From positions 384,001 through 448,000 of the forward strand of contig CAXXWX010000019.1 in NCBI GenBank assembly GCA_963675745.2: 64,000 nucleotides of DNA, in the 5' to 3' direction. The notes beneath the pieces were generated by a model. The model did no database searches and was not told the origin of the DNA. It was given only the letters and a program-made list of their open reading frames with translations. The DNA is from Phycisphaerae bacterium. Its GTDB lineage: Bacteria; Planctomycetota; Phycisphaerae; UBA1845; Fen-1342. This document shows positions 56,407-64,000 of this stretch, one piece after another (within the stretch, counting starts at the first letter, position 1; each line of letters opens with the position of its first letter). The position numbers were made by a program, and so were the translations under genes.

Positions 56407-58073
56407 CACTGCTCACCTCCTTCCTTGGCAATCGGGGCCGCGCCGCTTGCCTCCCGTGGCGGCGGCGCCGGAGAAACGCCCGGCGGGGCGCTCGAATGCG
56501 CCTCGGACAGCGAGCGGAATATGTCCGCGAACGGGCCTTCCGTACTGGCCAGAATCGACTTCAGCGACGGCCCCAGCTTCTGATAGAAGAGGAACTGCGC
56601 ATAGCTCTCGCCGTTGCCGAATGCCGCGATCGCGTCGCGCAACGGCTCCGCCTCGGCCTTGAAGCCCAGCAGGATCACGTCGGCCTCGGCCTTCCCGCGT
56701 GAGAGAATCGCCGCCGCCTCTTCCTCGGCCGCCTGCAACTGCAGCTTGGCGACCTCATGCCGCTTGTTGGCCTCGGTCAGCGCCACGGCCTGGGTTTGCT
56801 CGGCCTGCTTGATGATCGCCACGACCTCTCGATTGGCCCCGCCGATGGCCTGGTTCTGTGTCACGAGTTCTTCCTGCTCGACCAGACGGGCCTGTGACTC
56901 GGCGACCTTCATCTCGTTTTGGTACCGCTTGATCTGCTGGTCTGCGAGCTGCCGATCACTGATCGGGCTGGCGATCGCGGCCGGTGGCTCGATGCGGCGG
57001 ATGGGAGTTGCCCGGATCGCGATGCCCTGGGCACCGCACTGGGCGTGCAACCCCTGAAAAACCTCCTCCTGAAACGCCTCGCGCGCCTCGCCGGATATGA
57101 ACTCACGCGCCAGCAATTTCGAGCCCTCGATGCGCGCCAGTGAGCGCGCGTAGGGCAGGATCAGCTTGGCCTCGATATCGGTGTGATCACCGATTGCGAC
57201 CATCACGTAGGGCGCCATATCCTGCCGAATGGCATACTCGACCGTCGCCTCGAGGGTGATCTCGAAGCTGTCCTTTGACGGGAAGCGGATAGCGTCGTTG
57301 CCGCGCAGGTCAAGCGTGTGGCTGCGCACGTCGATCAGATCGATCTTCCTGACATACGGATTGTTGTAATACAGTGCCGGTGTCAGCACGCCGGGCTGCA
57401 CGCCGCGCTCGCCTTCCTCCACCACCCAGGCATTGGGGTTGCTCGGTTCGGTGCCGTGAATCAGCGTCTGCACGCCGACGAAGCCCGGCGGTATCTCGAT
57501 CGGCGGAACGCGCTTTACCTCGTAGGCAAACGGGTTGATGTTATAGCGCGCGGGCATCAGCACCTCGGCCAGCGGGCCACGCTCATCGTCCGTCGTCGCT
57601 ACGACTTTGCCCGGCGGCAACGGCTTGCCGTATTTGCGGATCTGTATCCCCACTTCGTTCTGGTTAATCACGATCGCTCTGGCAATGCGTCGCTGCCACA
57701 GAAACGGATCGTAAAAGTGCCGGCCTTCAGATTGCACTTCGTACTTGATGCCCTGGTACCGGTTCGAGTTTTCCGGCTCGCCGAGTTCTCTCAGCAGCGC
57801 GGGTGAAAGCACAACCTGTTCGCGCACGGCGGCTGAGAGCTCCTTGCCGGCCGTCGCGTGGGCCGGCAACGCCGCCCCGACCCGCCGTACCAGTACCAAC
57901 ACTTCGCCCGGGCCGACTTCGACGCGCTGCACAAACCACCAGTAGCAAACACCCAGCAGCACCAGTGCCACCGGAACCAGCAATAGCAGCAGCAGCTTGG
58001 GAATCTGCGGCGGTCTGACCGTTATGACCCGCGGGCCCGACCCATCGTATGGTGGTGGAGTTACGACCGGCAT
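56406..58073 (-). CDS. SPFH/band-7 domain membrane protein A
   Basis: N-terminal TM, three repeats, IRFPSKDSFEITLEATVEY (SPFH2), coiled coil AILSRGKAEA. Confidence 0.87.
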   Translation of the reverse strand: MPVVTPPPYDGSGPRVITVRPPQIPKLLLLLLVPVALVLLGVCYWWFVQRVEVGPGEVLVLVRRVGAALPAHATAGKELSAAVREQVVLSPALLRELGEPENSNRYQGIKYEVQSEGRHFYDPFLWQRRIARAIVINQNEVGIQIRKYGKPLPPGKVVATTDDERGPLAEVLMPARYNINPFAYEVKRVPPIEIPPGFVGVQTLIHGTEPSNPNAWVVEEGERGVQPGVLTPALYYNNPYVRKIDLIDVRSHTLDLRGNDAIRFPSKDSFEITLEATVEYAIRQDMAPYVMVAIGDHTDIEAKLILPYARSLARIEGSKLLAREFISGEAREAFQEEVFQGLHAQCGAQGIAIRATPIRRIEPPAAIASPISDRQLADQQIKRYQNEMKVAESQARLVEQEELVTQNQAIGGANREVVAIIKQAEQTQAVALTEANKRHEVAKLQLQAAEEEAAAILSRGKAEADVILLGFKAEAEPLRDAIAAFGNGESYAQFLFYQKLGPSLKSILASTEGPFADIFRSLSEAHSSAPPGVSPAPPPREASGAAPIAKEGGEQ

Positions 58074-58097
58074 GGTTGTCTCCGAATGTTCTGTCTG

Positions 58098-58328
58098 TCA
58101 GGGAGCGGCGGTATCGAGGTCGGTTCCGCACTGCCCGCAATAGTGCGCCTTCTCCGAATTCAGATAGCCGCAGTGGGGGCACGGCTGCAAGCGTCGCTCG
58201 GCACGCGCCCCCTGGTCGCTCGGCGCCCGGCGTCCCGCCGACAGAATCACCGTGACCATCACGATCATCACGAAGATGATCATCAGAATTGTCAACGTCG
58301 CAGCGCTCATGCATCTCATCCACGGCAT
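58098..58328 (-). CDS. Small single-TM zinc-ribbon protein
   Basis: Hydrophobic N-terminus, CPHCGYLN...YCGQCG. Confidence 0.7.
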   Translation of the reverse strand: MPWMRCMSAATLTILMIIFVMIVMVTVILSAGRRAPSDQGARAERRLQPCPHCGYLNSEKAHYCGQCGTDLDTAAP

Positions 58329-58568
58329 GATTACTCGGCCATCTCAGCGCGTAGCATATCACGTCCGGCGCGGCGCGGCGTTTACAATGCGGGTCTATTT
58401 CTCGAACGCACGGGCGTCTGGCGGGGCGACCGAGCCGGTAGGCGGGCCGTCGGCAGATGCGCCGTGACGTCACCACACGCCTTCCGCGTCCATCGGTGCC
58501 GCGAGCGGCGTGTGATGATGGACGCGGGCGGCGTGCAATTGCGCTGTCTCACCACCGATGGTGGACGA

Positions 58569-59006
58569 TCAAGAAGACAGCAGGTCAATGAAGGCGTCGA
58601 TGTCGCCGTTGTTGGTCCAGCCGTCGCCGTTGATGTCCGCCAGGTTGATATCACAGTCCGGAAACGCGGCGGTATACCCGGGCGGGTCGGTCAGGGCCAT
58701 CACGAACGGATCGATGTCACCATTGTTGACCCAGCCATCGCAGTTCAGGTCGCCAAGCTGGTAAGCCGGCGCTCCGGGCCAGAAGCCACCGGCCAGTTCA
58801 AAGTCGCCGCCCGTCATGGCCAGTGTACCGGCGTCGGGTTGGCCGACGGTGCCGGATAGCACAAAGTCGCCACCAGTGCTGTACATCACTCCGCCACCGT
58901 CAACCGTACGCCAGTCGAGGTTGAAATCGTCGGCGCGGGCCGTGCCGAGCGAAGCCGCCAGCAGCGCGATCAACGCTCCAGTTGTTGCGTGCGCGACTCT
59001 GTTCAT
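58569..59006 (-). CDS. Small secreted protein with C-terminal dockerin-like (duplicated Ca-binding loop) domain
   Basis: Signal peptide; WRTVDGGG...LSGTVGQPDAG...LAGGFW domain; GDLNCDGWVNNGDIDPF and ADINGDGWTNNGDIDAF. Confidence 0.85.
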   Translation of the reverse strand: MNRVAHATTGALIALLAASLGTARADDFNLDWRTVDGGGVMYSTGGDFVLSGTVGQPDAGTLAMTGGDFELAGGFWPGAPAYQLGDLNCDGWVNNGDIDPFVMALTDPPGYTAAFPDCDINLADINGDGWTNNGDIDAFIDLLSS

Positions 59007-62000
59007 TTGGCACCTCCCGTCTGCGCGCCGGCCAGTTCCGCCAAGCGAGATTCGATGCGCGTCAAGCGGTCGCGCAGGTCGGTGATCTCTTCCTGTTGGG
59101 CGGCGAGCTGCTCGGATTGAGCAGCAATCTCGGCGTCCTGGTCCTGCACGATCTCGTAGAGGCCCTGAATTGCAGCAAGAGCCACGCCGGCCGTGTCCAG
59201 GCTTGCGATGTGCGTGTCATCCCGGCCGAGACCGAAGGCCGCATGAAAGTCCTGGGCTACCGGACCAAGGTGACGAACCGCCGAATCCTCGACCCGGTAG
59301 TTCCACGAGGTGATAGGGAGATCGGCGAGCACGTGCAGCAAGGCCTGCCGGTCCACGGGGGCGAAGTTCTCCTTGGCGTTGCGGTCTGAGCTATCGGTCC
59401 ACGCCCCCCCGGTGGTCAGATGGGCGCCTGTCGACGTTGTGATGAGGTCGCCACCGGTCACCCAGATGTTGATCCAGCCAGCGTCGTTCACGTTGAAAGC
59501 CGCGCCGCCACTGGCCCATACACGGAATTGGTCAGCGCGCTGGGAATCGAAGTAGGTGGCATCATAGGAATCGGCCCAGACGAACGCGCCTTCGTGGAGT
59601 GCTCGCGCACCTCGCCCGGCGGCAAAGCTCCAGTCACCTTCGGCCTTATTGCCGGCGCCGAGGGCGAAACCGCACGTGCCTTTGGCAGTGTTCTGTATGC
59701 CTGCTGCAAAACTGTACTTGCCTTTAGCCACATTCCACAGGCCTCCGGGCACGGTGGAGTACTCTCCATGGGCTGTGTTGTCATAGCCACCGCCGACCGA
59801 GGCGTACTGACCGTCGTTTGGATCACTCGGATTGGTATCGTTCGGATCGTTGGGGTCGCCGGCCCAGTTGTGGATTCCGCCGGCGATGGTTGCACACTCG
59901 CCGATGGCGTGGTTGTTTTCGCCGCCGCCCACTGTGGCGTTTGACGCCTTCGCCTCGCAGCCCTGTCCGCCGCCGACGGTTGACCAATTACCGAGGGCCT
60001 TGTTCAGGTAGCCGCCGGCTACGGTGGCGTCGGCGTTGGCTTCGTTGTCGCTACCGCCACCGATCGCGCCGCCATGTGCCGTGTTCCTGTAGCCTCCGGC
60101 GATCGTGCCGCCGAACGCTTTATTCGATAGGCCTCCCCCAACGGTGGCGTACTCGTCGTTCACGCTTGGGTTGTTGGGATCTCCGGCCCAGTTTGACTTC
60201 CCACCGGCGATCGTGGTCCAGCCGACGACGGCGCGATTGCCCACGCCGCCACCGATCGCTGACCGCTCGCCGCTCGCGATGTTCTGCACACCGCCACTGA
60301 CGGTGCTGGCGATGTGACTGGCGGTATTCTCCGTGCCGCCGCCAACGGTGGACCAAATCTGCGACGCCGTGTTCTGCTCGCCCCCCGCAACCGTCGCATG
60401 GTCATCCGCGGCCCAATTGTTCTCACCACCGCCGACAGTGGCATAGTCGGCATCGGCCAACGTGTCGTCTCCGGCGCGGTTATTGGCTCCGCCGCCGACA
60501 GTGCCGTAATCGTCCATTACTCGGTTCTGCCCGGCAGCCTGGCCACCACCGCTAATCGTCGCCCCAACGACGCCGTCCGTGACACTGTTGACGGCGTAAC
60601 CGGCAATCACGTTTGGAATGCTCAGTGTCGGCTTGAGTCGCAACACAGGGATCCCGTCCACACGTAGTTGCAGCGCAACGTGGTCGGTGGTCCCCAGATA
60701 ATTACTGTTCGGGTCGGTGCCCTGGTTACCCGTCAGGCTCCAGCCATTGCCGCCCGATGCCGGCTGCCAGGTGCCCGTACCCGATGAATCGGAGGTCAGC
60801 ACGTAGTCGGCCTGGGCGCCGGTTGGGAGCTCAATCCCGGTCATCCGCACCGTGCCGGCCACGTCCAGCTTGGTGGCGGGTAGCGTTGTTCCGATGCCGA
60901 TATCGCCGACAGCGTCTTCGTAGATGACCGAGTCGCCAATCACGGTTGCGCCAGTGAACTTGGCGAGGTAGTTTGTGGTTCCGCCACCACCGATGCCGCC
61001 TGTGCCGCCGCCGACCGATACGCCGTTGATGAGCAGATCGGTCGCGTTAACGGAGCCGTTTACGTTCATGCCATAGCCGGCCGGATTGTTCGTGTTGACG
61101 CCGACGCCGCCACCGGCCCGGATAAGAAACTGATTGTTGCCCGTCGAACTGAAGTCCGCGTCGATCGAGTCGGCCCAAGTGAACGTCCCGGTGTGGTTCA
61201 CCTTGGCTCGTCGTCCTGCCGCGAAGCTGTAGTCGGCCCATACTTCGTTCTGCTCCCCGCCGGGGATGGTGGCGGCCCGGCCGTTGGCCCAGTTGGTGTT
61301 GCCGCCACCGACCGCCGCGTACTCTTCATTTCCGCCTCCCACGGTGTTGTCATATCCTCCGGCGATGCTGCCGTACGGGCCCTTGGCGTAGTTGCTCCAG
61401 CCGCCGCCGACGGCTGCGTGCGGTCCTGCCGCGTTGTTCTGTCCGCCGCCGATCGTAGCCCATCCTTCGTTCGCTGTGTTGCTCTGCCCGCCGCCAATCG
61501 TGGCAAACGTGTCTGTTGCCGGGTCGGCGTCATCACTGCCGACCTCGTTGTTTCCGCCGCCGCCGATGGTGCCATAGTTGTCGTAGACGTGGTTATTCGT
61601 GTCGTTGGGGAAGCCGAGGTTCGTTGGCCCGCCGCCGGCGATAGTGGCGTAGTCGGCGGTGGCATGGTTATAGCTCCCGCCGGCGACGGTGGCCTTGACG
61701 CCGCTGGCGATGTTGTCAGCGCCGCCGCCGACTGTGGCACCGTCTACGTTGGCGAGGTTCCCGCCGCCTCCGGCTACGGTACTGACATCGGCGCTGGCGA
61801 TGTTACCCACGCCGCCGGCGACCACCGCGTACTCACCGCTCGCGATGTTGTTGGCACCGCCACCGACGGTGGCCTTCAACGCGCTGGCCTCGTTGTCCGC
61901 GCCGCCGCCGATGGTGGCGCCGTCTGCGGTGGCGTCGTTCCCGCCGCCACCCGCCACGGTTGCGATCACCTCCGTGGCGGTGTTGCCGCCGCCGCCGGCC

Positions 62001-62764
62001 ACAACCGCTTTCTCACCGCTGGCCTGGTTTTGCTCGCCGCCGCCGACGGTCGCCGCCTGATGACTGGCCTCATTGTCGATACCCCCGCCAATCGTGGCAC
62101 ACCAGTTGCTAGCGCGGTTGCCAGTGCCGCCGCCCACTGTGGCGTATTTGGCTTCATCCGGCGCGCCGACGTCATCGCCCGCCAGGTTATTCAAACCACC
62201 GCCAACCGTGCCATGGTGATCCGTTACGCGGTTGGTCAGACCGGCTTCGCCGCCGCCACCAACGGTTGCACCGACGACACCCGCGGTGGCGCTGTTCCCG
62301 CTGAAGCCGCCGATCAGGTTGGGGCACGTGACGTTCTGCTGTGTCCAGAGGCCGGGTAGCGCGAGCGCGTAAGGTGCCGGCGTCAGTTTCTGACGCGGGC
62401 TGAGTGTCGTATACGGCTGCGCGTCATTCGGATCGTGCGGGCTGCGCACTGAGATTCCCAGCCAGCGCGCGTCGCCCGTGAACACATCGGCGCCAAAATC
62501 GAGCTTGACCGTAAACAGGCCGCTGGTGACATTGTGATTGCCGAGTGTGATCGTCGCCCCCACGACGTAGTTGGGGTCCGCGCTGTTCGGGTCGGCCCAC
62601 AGCGTAAACTTGAGATCGGCGGTCCCGGTGAGCGGATTACCGCCCTGCTTGAGTTGCCCCTGGTAAGTGAAGGCCGTGCCCATAGGCGTTTGCGCCTGGA
62701 GCAGCCCAGGTGTGGCGATTGCCGCCATAACGAGACCAATGGTCAGAATCCGTGCCGCTGACAT
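59003..62764 (-). CDS. Secreted fibre/adhesin-like protein with Gly-rich beta-roll repeats and C-terminal intramolecular chaperone (peptidase S74) domain
   Basis: AGGAGG RBS and ATG 62764; signal peptide; AFTYQGQL...PRQKLTPAPYAL N-domain; many 14-aa ATVGGGxxNxAxxx repeats; SDRNAKENF...WNY...HLGPVAQDF; terminal coiled coil. Confidence 0.9.
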   Translation of the reverse strand: MSAARILTIGLVMAAIATPGLLQAQTPMGTAFTYQGQLKQGGNPLTGTADLKFTLWADPNSADPNYVVGATITLGNHNVTSGLFTVKLDFGADVFTGDARWLGISVRSPHDPNDAQPYTTLSPRQKLTPAPYALALPGLWTQQNVTCPNLIGGFSGNSATAGVVGATVGGGGEAGLTNRVTDHHGTVGGGLNNLAGDDVGAPDEAKYATVGGGTGNRASNWCATIGGGIDNEASHQAATVGGGEQNQASGEKAVVAGGGGNTATEVIATVAGGGGNDATADGATIGGGADNEASALKATVGGGANNIASGEYAVVAGGVGNIASADVSTVAGGGGNLANVDGATVGGGADNIASGVKATVAGGSYNHATADYATIAGGGPTNLGFPNDTNNHVYDNYGTIGGGGNNEVGSDDADPATDTFATIGGGQSNTANEGWATIGGGQNNAAGPHAAVGGGWSNYAKGPYGSIAGGYDNTVGGGNEEYAAVGGGNTNWANGRAATIPGGEQNEVWADYSFAAGRRAKVNHTGTFTWADSIDADFSSTGNNQFLIRAGGGVGVNTNNPAGYGMNVNGSVNATDLLINGVSVGGGTGGIGGGGTTNYLAKFTGATVIGDSVIYEDAVGDIGIGTTLPATKLDVAGTVRMTGIELPTGAQADYVLTSDSSGTGTWQPASGGNGWSLTGNQGTDPNSNYLGTTDHVALQLRVDGIPVLRLKPTLSIPNVIAGYAVNSVTDGVVGATISGGGQAAGQNRVMDDYGTVGGGANNRAGDDTLADADYATVGGGENNWAADDHATVAGGEQNTASQIWSTVGGGTENTASHIASTVSGGVQNIASGERSAIGGGVGNRAVVGWTTIAGGKSNWAGDPNNPSVNDEYATVGGGLSNKAFGGTIAGGYRNTAHGGAIGGGSDNEANADATVAGGYLNKALGNWSTVGGGQGCEAKASNATVGGGENNHAIGECATIAGGIHNWAGDPNDPNDTNPSDPNDGQYASVGGGYDNTAHGEYSTVPGGLWNVAKGKYSFAAGIQNTAKGTCGFALGAGNKAEGDWSFAAGRGARALHEGAFVWADSYDATYFDSQRADQFRVWASGGAAFNVNDAGWINIWVTGGDLITTSTGAHLTTGGAWTDSSDRNAKENFAPVDRQALLHVLADLPITSWNYRVEDSAVRHLGPVAQDFHAAFGLGRDDTHIASLDTAGVALAAIQGLYEIVQDQDAEIAAQSEQLAAQQEEITDLRDRLTRIESRLAELAGAQTGGAK

Positions 62765-62780
62765 TTTCTGCCTCCTGTGT

Positions 62781-62808
62781 AGAGATATGCGTTTCTGAAA
62801 CGGGTTCC
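62781..62808 (-). promoter_or_regulatory. Putative ECF-type promoter for the fibre operon
   Basis: Minus strand reads GGAACC-N16-ATCTCT immediately upstream of the RBS. Confidence 0.45.
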
Positions 62809-63326
62809 TGCGGGCACGCGCCCGATTGCATGGCCCGCGACGGGCAGCCCGGGCCCGGCACAGCTCGGCTCCGCTGCCCTCTGCATCTGCGCTGTTGGTG
62901 TGATCGACCCGGGCGAGGTGTGGCGGTCCGCGACGTGAATCGCGATCAAATGATGGTGACGTGGCGTCGCATTCCAGACCGTCACCCCTCGTCATGGTCG
63001 CCACGTCAACGAATAGGCCGGAGTGTAACCGCTCACATGGCTCGCTCGTACGCAGGTTTTTTCCAGGGGCGCCGCGTGGATTCCGGACAGGCGCTCTCCT
63101 GGATCGCCCGGGACAGCCGCGCGGTCCGATGCGTTTCAGGCCGGCACGCTCATCGTGTTCGCTCGGACGCCTGGGTACAATTCGACGGCGCTCTGCGGTT
63201 TGGGCGGTTGGGATGCGCAGTCTTTGCGGCGGGGGACAAGTGAGTGCTCGCCGAGAGGCTAAGACCCGGGCCAGGAGTAAAGCCACGGCCCGGTCGCGCG
63301 GCGTCCGCAACGAATCATGATTCCAT

Positions 63327-63354
63327 GGAACCTAAGGGCCCTCACCTGACCTAT
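63327..63354 (+). promoter_or_regulatory. Putative autoregulatory ECF-type promoter
   Basis: GGAACC-N16-ACCTAT about 40 nt upstream of the sigma factor start. Confidence 0.45.
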
Positions 63355-63393
63355 TGATGGTGGATGCACGTGTTTCACCAACGGACCCGCAAT

Positions 63394-63978
63394 ATGAGCG
63401 TCGCCAACATGACAACTTGCACGGCGGAAGCCGACTGGGCCCAGGCAGAAGCCGAAGCCGACCTCATCAAGCGGGCCAAACGCGACCGAAAAGCATTTGC
63501 CGGGCTGTATCGGCAACATTATGGCGCCATCGCACGTTACCTTTACCGCCGCACCGGTGACGTACACGCCGCCGAAGACCTCGTTGCCGACGTATTCCTG
63601 TCGGCGATGAAGCTGTTGCCACGTTATCGGTACCGCGGCGTTCCCTTTCGCTACTGGCTTTACAGGATTGCCACAAATGCGGCCAACCGTTGGGCTCGGC
63701 GGCGGCGCAGACACGCGCATCAGTCGCTGAGCAGTGACCCTGTCGCACCAGACGGCGCCGGTGACCCGGTGGTCATCAACGGCGTCAGCACCGACCAGGC
63801 GCAACGCGTCCTGCTTTCGTTGGCGCCGAAGCACCAGGCCGTCTTGACACTGCACTATCTGGAAGGATTGCGGATCGAGGAAATCGCCGCCGTTCTGGGC
63901 TGCCGGCTTGGAACGGTCAAGTCGAGGCTCAGTCGCGGGCGCCAGGCGCTGCGCGACCGGCTGAAGATACGGAGGTAA
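63394..63978 (+). CDS. ECF RNA polymerase sigma factor
   Basis: AEDLVADVF, FRYWLYRIATN, LHYLEGL...EIAAVLGCRLGTVKSRLSRGR. A following gene (GTG 63983 after GGAGG) runs off the window. Confidence 0.93.
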   Translation: MSVANMTTCTAEADWAQAEAEADLIKRAKRDRKAFAGLYRQHYGAIARYLYRRTGDVHAAEDLVADVFLSAMKLLPRYRYRGVPFRYWLYRIATNAANRWARRRRRHAHQSLSSDPVAPDGAGDPVVINGVSTDQAQRVLLSLAPKHQAVLTLHYLEGLRIEEIAAVLGCRLGTVKSRLSRGRQALRDRLKIRR

Positions 63979-64000
63979 GACCGTGAGCGGAGAACAGGAT

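Noticed and set aside
59003..62764. Prophage tail gene
   Set aside because: Has a Sec-type signal peptide and no neighbouring phage structural, lysis or integrase genes.
62765..63310. 182-aa N-terminal extension of the fibre ORF
   Set aside because: Low-complexity Arg-rich translation of intergenic DNA; the AGGAGG RBS and signal peptide mark ATG 62764.

Overview
GC-rich bacterial chromosomal segment, most consistent with a planctomycete of the Phycisphaerae type. That assignment is an inference from gene content: short GlmU, a dockerin-tailed secreted protein, an extended ECF sigma factor and REP-like palindromes. Left to right: (1) a truncated alpha-2-macroglobulin-like gene missing from the ORF track; (2) a tightly coupled HAD / HEAT lipoprotein / anti-sigma kinase / STAS / MlaE / RNase HII-like cluster; (3) an accessory hotspot at 7.7-12 kb, where two ~310-bp REPIN-containing direct repeats bracket an MmeI-like restriction-modification gene whose middle is replaced by an inverted foreign ORF, followed by an internally deleted IS200/RAYT-type transposase still flanked by its palindromic arms; (4) tricorn protease, an orphan sdhC, a sirtuin without the Zn-binding cysteines, and sat-nrnA; (5) a surface-glycan locus (GT2, FrhB-like, pyruvyltransferase-like, Wzt, two methyltransferases); (6) peptidases, ilvE and a racemase; (7) tRNA-Gln, preceded by a promoter and a hairpin-rich leader, then glmU-prs-rplY-pth-rpsF-ssb-rpsR-rplI-dnaB; (8) a GGDEF module, an extended ECF sigma factor and a pair of SPFH proteins with triplicated N-terminal subdomains; (9) a secreted S74-chaperone fibre protein with a dockerin partner, divergent from an ECF sigma factor and sharing a GGAACC-N16 promoter-like motif with it. 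All product calls come from motif recognition by eye; no database searches were run.
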